64,000 nucleotides of DNA from Sulfitobacter sp. (lineage in GTDB: Bacteria; Pseudomonadota; Alphaproteobacteria; Rhodobacterales; Rhodobacteraceae): the NCBI GenBank assembly GCA_024637305.1, contig JAGXFI010000065.1, positions 14,195 to 78,194 of the forward strand, read 5' to 3'. The notes beneath the pieces were generated by a model. The model was given only the letters and a program-made list of their open reading frames with translations, did not search any database and was not told the origin of the DNA. Positions 29,654 to 38,876 of this stretch are shown here, in pieces; position 1 is the stretch's first letter, and the number at the start of each line of letters is the position of its first letter. A program made the translations under genes and the position numbers.

Positions 29654-30172
29654 TCAAAGGTCGAGTTGCATGAATTTCAACGTCCACGCATAGGCGCTCG
29701 ATGTCGTGGCGACACCACTTTCAGGGTACGGGTCGATGAAGCGGAAACCCATGGATTGATACAGCGTCTGCATCTCGACATTGTCGCGGAAGGTGTCGGC
29801 GAAGAGATGTCGCCAGCCCATCGTGCGCGCGTCGTCGATGCGCGCCTGAACCAGACGGCGCGCTGTCCCCTGACCGCGTGCCTCGCGGCGGACGTAAAGC
29901 CGCTTCATCTCGCCTGCGTCAGGCCTGATCCGGCGCAGCGTGCCCCACCCCACTGCCAGCCCCGTGTCATCGCGGGCGATCCAGATGCGGCCATGGGGCG
30001 GCAGATATTGGTCGACATGGTGCCAGAAATCCTCAACCCAAAAGGGGATATCCACCGCCGAGGCTCCGATGGACACCAGCTTTGGCGAAAGTTCCTCATA
30101 GAAGCCGGTCAGCAGCGGGTCGATGGCGGCGCGGGCGGGAGCTTCGGTGCAAGAGGCAAGGTTGATCGTCAT
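29654..30172 (-). CDS. GNAT N-acetyltransferase
   Basis: EMKRLYVRREARGQGTA, LYQSMGF. Confidence 0.88.
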   Translation of the reverse strand: MTINLASCTEAPARAAIDPLLTGFYEELSPKLVSIGASAVDIPFWVEDFWHHVDQYLPPHGRIWIARDDTGLAVGWGTLRRIRPDAGEMKRLYVRREARGQGTARRLVQARIDDARTMGWRHLFADTFRDNVEMQTLYQSMGFRFIDPYPESGVATTSSAYAWTLKFMQLDL

Positions 30173-30239
30173 TCGCGTTACTCCTTGAAGAAAACGATGC
30201 TTGGCGCGACTGATGTGGCTGGGTGTTCCGGATGAAACC

Positions 30240-30380
30240 TCACTGTTGGTCCGGCTCCCCTATCTTCAGCGGAGCGCGGTCAGACTCGGCAAAAGCGTCG
30301 ATGAAGATCGGCGATGCCACCAGCGCGACCGCACCCACGATGTCCGCGGTCGAGACGAAATAAACCGAAGTAAAATCCAT
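30240..30380 (-). CDS. 46-aa single-TM small ORF or truncated gene relic
   Basis: ATG at 30380, just after the CoA-transferase stop: MDFTSVYFVSTADIVGAVALVASPIFIDAF...; below the ORF-track cutoff. Confidence 0.4.
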   Translation of the reverse strand: MDFTSVYFVSTADIVGAVALVASPIFIDAFAESDRAPLKIGEPDQQ

Positions 30381-30385
30381 TGCCC

Positions 30386-31759
30386 CTACCCGTTGTCCGG
30401 AGTGCATGACGCGGCTTGACTGGACGCGAAATACGCGCGTGGGATCAGCCCCTTGGCATAGGCGTCTCGCTGCAACCCCTCGCGAAAATCTGGATGCGCG
30501 ATCGAGATCATCGCCATCGCGCGTTCAGCGACGGATTTGCCCTTCAGACAGACCAGCCCGAACTCGGTCGCCGCATACATCACGTCGGTCCGGGGCACGG
30601 TGACGATGGTGCCGCCGGGCAAGTCGAGAACCACCCGGCTTTTTCGCATCCCGCCCTTTTCATAGGTTGAAGGCATGCACAAATACGCCCGCCCCCCTTT
30701 GGACTGATAGGCCGCGCGCACGAACCCCAGTTGCCCGCCCGTACCGCTGAAATGCCGATGGCCCGAGGACTCAGACGCGGCCTGGCCCTGCAGGTCCATC
30801 TGTCCGGTGCTGTTGACGGCCACGACGTTGTCGTTGCGGGCCACCGAATGGGGCAGATTGGTGTAATCCACCGCCCGGGTCTGAAATACCCGATTGCGGT
30901 TGATATAGCGATAAAGCTCGGCTGACCCGATTGCAAAGGCATAGACCGCCTGACCCACGTCCATCTGTTTGCGCGCGCCGGTCGCAGCGCCGCATTTGAC
31001 CAGTTCCATCAGCCCTTCAACCATCATTTCGGTATGGATCCCCAGGTCCTTGACCCCCGCCTCTACCAGTGCCCGGCAGACCGCATTGGGCAATCCGCCG
31101 ATCCCGATCTGCAGGCAATCGCCGTCCGATATTTCCGCGCCAACCAGCCGGGCAATCGCAAGATCGGTGTCAGAGGTCACCGCGTTCGGCAGTTCGGCGG
31201 CAGGACGGCCATCGCCGTCGATGACAAAATCCACCTCACTTTCATGCACCGCGTTTTCCTGGCCATGGCACCAGGGCAGGTTCGGATTGACTTCGACGAT
31301 CACGATCTTTGCCTTTTCCACCAGCGCGCGGTGATAGGAGGCTGCACAGGAAAAGTTGTAGAACCCGTCAGCATCCTTTGGGCAGACCTGAATAATCCCG
31401 ATATCCACGCGGTCGACAAAACGGCGGTAAAGATCGGGCCATTCGCCAAGGTTCAGCGGGATGTAGTTGCAGCGCCCCGCATCATGTTGACGTCGATCAT
31501 AGCCCCCGAAATGCCAGTTGAGGCTGAGGATGCTTTCCCCGGTCGGGTCAGCCACATGAAACGCGCGGGGGCGCATTGTGATGCAACTGCGGACCTTTAC
31601 GCCCCTCAATTCAGACACCCGCGCGGCAAGCGCTGCATCGAAAACATCCGGCTGGCAAATCCCGAACCCGTAATCCAGCCACATGCCCGATTGCACAAGA
31701 CCGGCAGCCGCTTCGGCCGAGACGTGCTTGGCTGACTTACCGCAGGATTGAGCCGACAT
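30386..31759 (-). CDS. Acetyl-CoA hydrolase/CoA-transferase (4-hydroxybutyrate CoA-transferase-like)
   Basis: LQIGIGGLPNAV, LGIHTEM, SGTGGQLGF, IAHPDFRE. Confidence 0.88.
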   Translation of the reverse strand: MSAQSCGKSAKHVSAEAAAGLVQSGMWLDYGFGICQPDVFDAALAARVSELRGVKVRSCITMRPRAFHVADPTGESILSLNWHFGGYDRRQHDAGRCNYIPLNLGEWPDLYRRFVDRVDIGIIQVCPKDADGFYNFSCAASYHRALVEKAKIVIVEVNPNLPWCHGQENAVHESEVDFVIDGDGRPAAELPNAVTSDTDLAIARLVGAEISDGDCLQIGIGGLPNAVCRALVEAGVKDLGIHTEMMVEGLMELVKCGAATGARKQMDVGQAVYAFAIGSAELYRYINRNRVFQTRAVDYTNLPHSVARNDNVVAVNSTGQMDLQGQAASESSGHRHFSGTGGQLGFVRAAYQSKGGRAYLCMPSTYEKGGMRKSRVVLDLPGGTIVTVPRTDVMYAATEFGLVCLKGKSVAERAMAMISIAHPDFREGLQRDAYAKGLIPRAYFASSQAASCTPDNG

Positions 31760-31810
31760 GGGTCTTTTCTCCTCTTTGCATGCGCCAGTTGACCTTGCCG
31801 TGAGGCGGGA

Positions 31811-32218
31811 TCATTGCCTGGCCTCGGCGGGAATGGCCGCAAGATCGAGCGTCCAGGCGGGGCGAGACTCGGTCCAGTAGGCGATGGTGGGCGGCGGCAG
31901 GTCGGTTGCGTCGAAGAAACCGCCACCGACTGCGATCTCGCGTGGCAGAGCGTCGAGCCGCCACCAGACGGTGCCGCCGCAGGTTGCGCACAGGTTGCAG
32001 TCAACGCCGCGTCCGTCTTGTCCGGCGCGGCGGAAGGTTTTGGTCGCGCCGGTCACCATGACATCTGCCTCGGGCCAGTAGAGCGTCCAGTTGAAGGGCG
32101 AGCCGGTCTTACGGCGGCAGTCGGCGCAGCTGCAAAGCATCGACCGTTTCGGTTCGCCGCGTGTCTGGACCTGCACCGCGCCACAGGCGCAGCGGGCGTG
32201 CCTGATTGTCTGTGTCAT
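31811..32218 (-). CDS. GFA family (glutathione-dependent formaldehyde-activating) protein
   Basis: CACG..CSCADCRR..CATCG zinc motif. Confidence 0.88.
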   Translation of the reverse strand: MTQTIRHARCACGAVQVQTRGEPKRSMLCSCADCRRKTGSPFNWTLYWPEADVMVTGATKTFRRAGQDGRGVDCNLCATCGGTVWWRLDALPREIAVGGGFFDATDLPPPTIAYWTESRPAWTLDLAAIPAEARQ

Positions 32219-32219
32219 C

Positions 32220-33767
32220 TCAGTCCTCCCGCAACAGGCGGCGCAGGATCTTGCCGCTGGGGGATTTCGGGATCGCCTCGACGAAGCGGATGGTGGCGGG
32301 CAGCTTGTAGGTCGCCAACAGCACGGCCAGATGCGCCAGGATCGCTGCCGTGTCCACGGTGCTGCCGGACTGGCGCACCACGAAGGCCACCGGCACCTCG
32401 CCCGCGTCCTGGTCCGGACGGCCGATCACGGCCGCGTCGGCAATGTCGGGATGGGTCAGCAGCGCTGCCTCCACCTCGGCGGGGGCGACCTGGAAGCCCT
32501 TGACCTTTATCAGTTCCTTGAGCCGATCGTGGAGAGTCAGATAGCCGTCCGCGCCGAAGCTCCCCAGATCGCCGGTACGCAGCCAGCCGTCCGGCGTGAT
32601 CGTCGCCGCAGTCGCCTCGGGGTTGCCGTGATAGCCCTTCATGACATGCGGGCCGCGGACCCAAAGCTCGCCCAGAGGCGCGTCCTGCCCCGTCTCGGGG
32701 TCGACAATACGGCACTCCGCGTTGGGCACGGCCACACCGACACTACCAGGGCGGTTGGTGTCGAGCGGCGTGGCGTGGCTGGTCGTTGTCAACTCGGTCA
32801 TGCCATAGCCTTGCACGGCCACGATCCCGAGGCGGTGCGCAACCACCTCGGCAACCTCTCCGCCCAGCGGGGCCGCTGCGGACAAAAGCCGCCGGGTGGC
32901 AGACAGATCGAAGTCTCCCACAACGGGATGCTTGGCCAACGCGACCGCCACTGGCGGCACCACGAACATCATCGGCGTGCGATAATCGGCACATAGCCGC
33001 AGGAACAGGGCAAGGTCGAAGCGCGGCATGGTCACGAGTTTCGCGCCCATCACCAGATGCAGGTTCAACAGCACGGTCTGCCCGAACATGTGAAAGAAAG
33101 GCAGAAAGGCGACGGTCCATTCGCCCGGTTTGACGATGGCGAACGGCACGTTCTGGTCCATGTTCACAGTGAGGTTGCGATGGGTCAGCATCACCCCTTT
33201 CGGGCGACCTGTGGTACCCGAGGAATAGGGCAGCACCGCCACGTGGTCGGTAACGTCCACCGGCACCTGCGCGGGCAACGGATCGCCCATCCAGTCCGAC
33301 AGCGGCGAAGCGTCAGATCCGTCGCCCGCCCCCGCGCCGATCACGGCGATCTCGGTGATGGCGGTGCCGGTGGTGGCCGTGCGGGCGGTCTCGACCAGTT
33401 CCGGGGTGGTGATCAGCCGCGTGGCACCGCTGTCGACCAGTTGGTGATGGATCTCGGCGGTGGTGTAGGCCGGATTGATCGTCGTGACGGTGCCACCCGC
33501 ATAGAGCGGACCGTGATAGGCGATGGCATATTCCGGCATGTTGGGGGCAAGGATCGCGGTCACCTCGCCCGGTGTCATGCCGCGCGCGACCAGCCCGCCC
33601 GCCAGCCGGGCGACGCCAAGGGCCAGCGCCTGCGCGGTCAGTTCGCGGCCCGTCGGACCATCGACCATGACGACCTCCTGCGGGTGCCCGGCAAGGCCGG
33701 CCAGGAGCTTTTCGGTGATGGTCTGCCCGGTCAGGGGCACGGGCGGCAGAGGGCTGTTGTAGATCAT
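32220..33767 (-). CDS. 4-coumarate:CoA ligase-like AMP-binding enzyme
   Basis: PYSSGTTGRPKGV, QGYGMTE, DRLKELIKVKGFQVAPAE, PKSPSGK. Confidence 0.9.
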   Translation of the reverse strand: MIYNSPLPPVPLTGQTITEKLLAGLAGHPQEVVMVDGPTGRELTAQALALGVARLAGGLVARGMTPGEVTAILAPNMPEYAIAYHGPLYAGGTVTTINPAYTTAEIHHQLVDSGATRLITTPELVETARTATTGTAITEIAVIGAGAGDGSDASPLSDWMGDPLPAQVPVDVTDHVAVLPYSSGTTGRPKGVMLTHRNLTVNMDQNVPFAIVKPGEWTVAFLPFFHMFGQTVLLNLHLVMGAKLVTMPRFDLALFLRLCADYRTPMMFVVPPVAVALAKHPVVGDFDLSATRRLLSAAAPLGGEVAEVVAHRLGIVAVQGYGMTELTTTSHATPLDTNRPGSVGVAVPNAECRIVDPETGQDAPLGELWVRGPHVMKGYHGNPEATAATITPDGWLRTGDLGSFGADGYLTLHDRLKELIKVKGFQVAPAEVEAALLTHPDIADAAVIGRPDQDAGEVPVAFVVRQSGSTVDTAAILAHLAVLLATYKLPATIRFVEAIPKSPSGKILRRLLRED

Positions 33768-33800
33768 GGATCCTCCATCATTTGATTTGGTCTTGTCCGG

Positions 33801-34205
33801 TCATGGCGCGGAGTCGCCAGGTTGTGGCGGCAATTGCACGATGGCGAGGCGCACATCCTCGTCATCAATCACCGTGGTCGTGTGACCCGTGCCCGCTATA
33901 TCCTCCATCCGCCAGATCGCGCCCGCGCCGAACTCGCGCGTCTCGCCGTCCCCGGCCTGCACCCTCAGGCGACCCGACAGGCAAAAGGCGACCTGCCGGC
34001 GCGGCGATGGATGCGGCAGCCCGCCCCACCCGGCGGGCAGGACAAGGTAGAGCAATCCGGTCGCCGCCTCGGTGGCCGAGATCGGCATGGCGGGTGCCGG
34101 CGGGGCGAAAGAGCCAGCTGTCAGCGGAACGACCGGGTCCGAGAAATGCGAAACACCGCTGGCATCTTCGGTCAGGTGCAGGAAGGGCATGGCGTCGATG
34201 GGCAA
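33801..34205 (-). CDS. Cupin-domain protein
   Basis: HPSPRRQ and EDIAGTGH motifs; TTG start after an AAGGAG RBS. Confidence 0.8.
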   Translation of the reverse strand: MPIDAMPFLHLTEDASGVSHFSDPVVPLTAGSFAPPAPAMPISATEAATGLLYLVLPAGWGGLPHPSPRRQVAFCLSGRLRVQAGDGETREFGAGAIWRMEDIAGTGHTTTVIDDEDVRLAIVQLPPQPGDSAP

Positions 34206-34324
34206 GTGTCTGTCTCCTTTTGTCAGGCGTGCAACAGGGTTCGTTGCGGGTCTGCCGGCGGCCATTCAAGCTTCGCGGCGTGCGCGAAATGGCGTGTCTC
34301 CGGCTTGACGCGGTGGCGGCTTCC

Positions 34325-35131
34325 TCATCCCACGGGCTTCGTGGCGATCATCGTGACGAAGGGCAGAAAACCGTAAAGCGTTCCGGCCTCGGCGCGGCGC
34401 AGGTACTCGGCCTCCAGCGCATCGGCCAAGGATTGGCCAATCACGCCTTCATCCACCAGACGTGCCGATGCCATTCTGACCCAGACCAAATTGCCCATCC
34501 CGTCCGTCACCACGCGGTTCGCGGTGCCAAAATGGTCGACTGCCAGCCCGGCCGCGCGGGCCAGCGGCTTGAGCTTGCCCGCAAGCCAGGCGTCGGTTAC
34601 AGACCCGGCCACGAAAGCCTGGGCACAGGCCCCAAGAGGATCGCCTGGCCCGAGCCCAAGCGCGGCCTTTGAAAAATCAGCGTCGCAAACCACCAGTGTG
34701 CCGCTAGGGCGCAAAAGACGCGCGGCCTCCGCGACCAGCGGGGCGGGGTCAGCCACATGGGACAGCACGGTGTGCAGGATGGCGATGTCTGCGCTGTCGT
34801 CCGCGAGGTCGAGCGCGGCACCGTCGCCAACGCGAAACTCCAGGTTCGCCCGGTCGCCCGCCAGCGCCCGCGCCTTGTCCGTCAGGGCGATGGACGGCTC
34901 CACGCCGATGACCAAGGCCTGCCCGAAGCGGTCGGCGATCCGCCGCGTCACGCCGCCGGTGCCGCAGCCGATATCGACGATCAGCGATCCATCAGGCGGG
35001 TCGAGCCTGTCGAGATAGGCGTCGATCACCGGCAGCATGTCGGGGTCCGCCGCGCGGACCTCCAGCGCGGTGGCGATGATCCCGATCAGGTCCGGCGAGG
35101 AGGCATCGACATCGGCGAAAGGATCGCTCAT
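34325..35131 (-). CDS. SAM-dependent methyltransferase
   Basis: VDIGCGTG, HTVLSHV, LRPSG. Confidence 0.88.
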   Translation of the reverse strand: MSDPFADVDASSPDLIGIIATALEVRAADPDMLPVIDAYLDRLDPPDGSLIVDIGCGTGGVTRRIADRFGQALVIGVEPSIALTDKARALAGDRANLEFRVGDGAALDLADDSADIAILHTVLSHVADPAPLVAEAARLLRPSGTLVVCDADFSKAALGLGPGDPLGACAQAFVAGSVTDAWLAGKLKPLARAAGLAVDHFGTANRVVTDGMGNLVWVRMASARLVDEGVIGQSLADALEAEYLRRAEAGTLYGFLPFVTMIATKPVG

Positions 35132-35511
35132 CCCGCCACCTGCCGGGCATAGTCTTCGGCGTCGAACCAGCCAAGCGAGGCCGCGACCTTGCCTTCGGGG
35201 TCCATATCCCATTCCTCCCAGCCCGTTATCCGCAGCGGGTTGCTTGTTTCGGCGTGGTGGCCGGTGAACGTCCACAGATAAACGACATGATCACCCGCGA
35301 CGCGCAGCCCGTCGCAGACAAGGCTCAGATCCGGCACATCCGCGAAGAACCCGGCCGCCATCGCGGCGACGCCGCCGCGCCCTTCCCACGGGGTGCCGCG
35401 ATTGATGACGATGCTGCCAGTCTCGGCATAGAATGACGCCACGGCCTCGGCCGAGCCGCTGTTCCAGGCGGCGGTGTAGTCGGCGGCGATGGCAGTGATG
35501 TCAGGCTTCAT
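35128..35511 (-). CDS. SnoaL/NTF2-like protein
   Basis: YTAAWNSG, YLWTFTGHH, GWEEW. Confidence 0.82.
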   Translation of the reverse strand: MKPDITAIAADYTAAWNSGSAEAVASFYAETGSIVINRGTPWEGRGGVAAMAAGFFADVPDLSLVCDGLRVAGDHVVYLWTFTGHHAETSNPLRITGWEEWDMDPEGKVAASLGWFDAEDYARQVAG

Positions 35512-36163
35512 GTCTTGGCTCCTGCGAGGGGTCATCGGTCGGTTCGCCGCCGAACAGGGCCCAGAATTCGTCGCGGGCATTGCTGCGGGGGAATGGGTTG
35601 GCCGGCACCGGCACATCCAGAAATCGGCACAGCGGTTCCCAGCCATCCGACGGCGTGAAAACCAAAAGCCTGTCGGCCGGAACGGTGGCGCGGACCTTTT
35701 CGTTGTTGCGCCGGTAGGCTGCGATCGAACTTTCACGATCGAGGCCGCCAAAGACGCCATCGACCAGCAGTATTTCCATTGTGCCGAACATCTCGATTAT
35801 GGGCGGCGGCACGGGGAGCGATCTGTAGTGCAGGAAGAACTTGCCGATCGTCTTGGAGTAGCTCGCCCACCAGTCGTCTTCGGGCCGCTCGGTATGGATC
35901 ACCTTCGCATCAGGAAAGGCGGGCAGGATATCCTGCCAATAGGCAGCTCCCGGGAAGTCGACCTGCGAATTGTAGTCGGCGAAGACCTGCGTCCAATCGA
36001 CATCGCGCCCCGCCGCAAGCGCGTTCCAATACGCGGGCTGGTCGGGGTTTCCCATGACCTCGACCATGTGGTGGCAGGGACCAAAACCCAGCTCTTCGAG
36101 TGCCATCTTGGTCGACATCGTTCCGGTCCGGCCAAAACCGGAGCCGATAATCTTTAGTGCCAT
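35501..36163 (-). CDS. Sulfotransferase-family P-loop protein (Sulfotransfer_4 type)
   Basis: IIGSGFGRTGTMS, CHHM, VDFP, GWEPLCRFL, FPRSN. Confidence 0.88.
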   Translation of the reverse strand: MALKIIGSGFGRTGTMSTKMALEELGFGPCHHMVEVMGNPDQPAYWNALAAGRDVDWTQVFADYNSQVDFPGAAYWQDILPAFPDAKVIHTERPEDDWWASYSKTIGKFFLHYRSLPVPPPIIEMFGTMEILLVDGVFGGLDRESSIAAYRRNNEKVRATVPADRLLVFTPSDGWEPLCRFLDVPVPANPFPRSNARDEFWALFGGEPTDDPSQEPRHEA

Positions 36164-36416
36164 TCCACTCTCTCCTTGCTGCGTGTTCGCGATGTTGCGC
36201 CGAGGGGATCTCCATCCCAGTCGCCCTGGCTGCGCAGGGCGCGCTGGCAGGTGAAGGACGAAAACCCATCAGCATGCCCTGGTTGCTTTCGTCGGTGCGC
36301 TTCCGGTGTCGGCCGAGTTTGTAGGCGGCCTCGCGGTCCTCGTGCTCCTCCTCGGGAGCCGCGGTGCCGGCATCCGCGACACGCGGGTGCCGGCATGCGC
36401 CCACGCGCCGGTGGCG

Positions 36417-36842
36417 TCAGGTCCAGCCGAGAGCGCGCATCGACTGGGCGTCGTTCCAGATCTTGGTCATGTGCTTGATCTTCGGCCCGTCGAACGTCAT
36501 TGCATACACGTAGTCAGCCGCCACGCTGCGCCCGGTCGGCGGCACCGGCCCACCCTCGTCCGTGTGGGTCCCGTGGAACACCGCGAAACCCAGCACCGTG
36601 GCGCGCGCCTCGTCGGCGGCGAAGGCCTTCATCTCATAGCGGCCGTCTGGTGCCAGCTTCAGCAGTCCCTCCATCCAGCCGGCATAGGCCTCGATCGTGC
36701 CGATCTCCGCCAGGGCGTCGGACTGGCAGGAGAAAGTCGCGCCCGGCATGCAGAAGGGCGCGCAGGCGGCCCAGCCCTTGCCCGTCTCGATGGTGTCGAA
36801 GAACGCGGCGGCGGTGTCAGTCATTGTCATGGACTTGTTCAT
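36417..36842 (-). CDS. SnoaL-like polyketide/ester cyclase
   Basis: ETGKGWAAC, GTHTDEGGPVPPTGR, HMTKIWND. Confidence 0.85.
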   Translation of the reverse strand: MNKSMTMTDTAAAFFDTIETGKGWAACAPFCMPGATFSCQSDALAEIGTIEAYAGWMEGLLKLAPDGRYEMKAFAADEARATVLGFAVFHGTHTDEGGPVPPTGRSVAADYVYAMTFDGPKIKHMTKIWNDAQSMRALGWT

Positions 36843-36985
36843 TGTGTCGCTCCCTATCAGGTGGCCGCTATCTGGGGCGGCTTTTTCAAATGGGGCAGTT
36901 TTGCGCGGCGCTCGCTACAAGACCGGCTAAAAATATCTAAATCCAGGCGGGGAGGACCGGCATCCAGACCTGGGCAATGGCTCCT

Positions 36986-38533
36986 TTATCGCAGCGCGTC
37001 GGCGGCTTCGGGCGGCGCTAGGCCCGCCGCGATGCGAAAGAACATATGCGCCCGGGCGAGGTAGTCAGGGTTCGAACTCAGCCAGCGCCCCGCAAGCCGC
37101 GCCTCGACCAGGGTCGGCGCGATCGCCTCAACCTTTCGAAAGGCGGAACGGGCGCGGTCGATCCGCCCCGCCCCCACCCAGGCTATGGCCGCCAGGATCA
37201 GCGGCGTGGCACTGGTCGCGGACTCTGCCAGCGCGGCCTCGGCCGCCTCGGCAGCGGCGACATAGTTACGCACAGCGAATTGGGCAAAACCCAGCGCCGC
37301 AAGGAGTGAACCGCGCGCCGGATCACGCGGGCTGCGCCGCAGGGCGGCTTCGGCCAGTGGCAAGCCCCGCGCGGCCTCGCCGTGCAACCCCTCATAAAGC
37401 CCCAGCCAGGCAAGTGTCACCGCGCAGTTGGGGTTCATCTCATGGGCCTGCCGAAGTTCGGGCAGACCCGCATCGGGGCTCTGGTTCAGGAAATGCAGAA
37501 GCGCGCGCAGTCGGCGCGCATGGTGGTCGATCGGATCGGCCGCGATGGCGCGTGTGGCCGCGTCGATGCCCTCGGCAAGTGTCCTGGGAACCGAGTCGGT
37601 CGTAGCATGGTATACGTTCCACCAGGCGACCCAGGCCAGAACGCGCCACGCAAGCGCGGAGCCGGATTCGCGCGTCAGCGCCTGCCGGGCAAGCTCTGCC
37701 GCCCGGTCGCGGGCTTGCCGGTCATAGGCCATGTCTCCTGCCGAAATCACCGACCAGCCTTTGCGCGCCAGACCATGAGCCGTCAGATCGTCGGGGATAG
37801 CCATATGGATGCGTTCCGCCTCCGCCCGGTCGATCTGCGGCGAAAGGCAGGTGACGATCGCTCGGGCCACGCGCGCCTGCGTCTCAAAATGGCCCGCAAG
37901 ATCACGGTCGAAGTTCTCGGCCCAGACATGACCTCCGGTGGTCGCGTCGATCAACTGTGTTGTCACCCGCACATGACCGGGGGTCGCACGCACGCTGCCC
38001 TCGACAACATAGCGCACGCCAAGGTCGCGCGCGATCGTGCGCAGGTCGCGGGGCATGTCGCGATAGACGAAGGCCGAATTGCGCGCGACCACGAAGAGAT
38101 CGCGGAAACGGGAAAGCTCGGTCGTGATATCCTCGACGAATCCATCTGCCAACCAGTCGAATTCCGCGTCGCCCCCGAGGTTTGAAAACGGCAGAACGAC
38201 GACAGAAGGCCTATCGGGCAAGGCCAAAGGTGCCGTTTCTGGCGCGACCTCCAGCCCGAACCGCAATCCCCGTCCGGGCACGGTCACGATGGCCTCGGCC
38301 CCAAGGATGCGGCGCAGGTTGGCGACTTGGACATTCAGGTTGTTTTCGCCCACGACCGCATCGGGCCAGACGACCTCCATGATCTCGTCGCGACCGACCA
38401 CGCGGTCACGATGCGCAATAAGGAGCTCCAGAAGATCGAAGGCGCGGGCCCCGACCAGAAGGGTCGACGATGCCCGTGTCAGCCGCCGTGTTCTGCGGTG
38501 CAGAACGAATTCCGAGAAACGAATGCTGTCCAT
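36986..38533 (-). CDS. Winged-helix (OmpR/CadC-type) + TolB-like + TPR transcriptional regulator
   Basis: NLNVQVANLRRILG..TVPGRG; PSVVVLPFSNL..ARNSAF; C-terminal TPR repeats. Confidence 0.88.
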   Translation of the reverse strand: MDSIRFSEFVLHRRTRRLTRASSTLLVGARAFDLLELLIAHRDRVVGRDEIMEVVWPDAVVGENNLNVQVANLRRILGAEAIVTVPGRGLRFGLEVAPETAPLALPDRPSVVVLPFSNLGGDAEFDWLADGFVEDITTELSRFRDLFVVARNSAFVYRDMPRDLRTIARDLGVRYVVEGSVRATPGHVRVTTQLIDATTGGHVWAENFDRDLAGHFETQARVARAIVTCLSPQIDRAEAERIHMAIPDDLTAHGLARKGWSVISAGDMAYDRQARDRAAELARQALTRESGSALAWRVLAWVAWWNVYHATTDSVPRTLAEGIDAATRAIAADPIDHHARRLRALLHFLNQSPDAGLPELRQAHEMNPNCAVTLAWLGLYEGLHGEAARGLPLAEAALRRSPRDPARGSLLAALGFAQFAVRNYVAAAEAAEAALAESATSATPLILAAIAWVGAGRIDRARSAFRKVEAIAPTLVEARLAGRWLSSNPDYLARAHMFFRIAAGLAPPEAADALR

Positions 38534-38876
38534 GGGCCCGCATTAACTGTTCGATCAGGCACACCCTACTTCAAAAATTAGCGAACATTCCCATGAAATA
38601 GCATTGCAACGCCAAAAAAACATGTGGATCAGCCACCTATGGCCACCATGCCGCATGCCGGCACTGTCTCGAACAATTTGGTCAGAGTGACACAAGAGTG
38701 TCGTAAATAGTTTACGGTCTTGAACGACAGTCCCCGGCGAGGGTGTTCGGCGTCGATATGGATGGGCCGACACTCACGGAAGTTGGGGGCATCTGGACCG
38801 GCCATACGTGGCAGCGGCTGCGCGTGCGTAGAGGTGCGCTTTTCAACAGTGTGAAATTGACAAAGGGACAGTTCAT

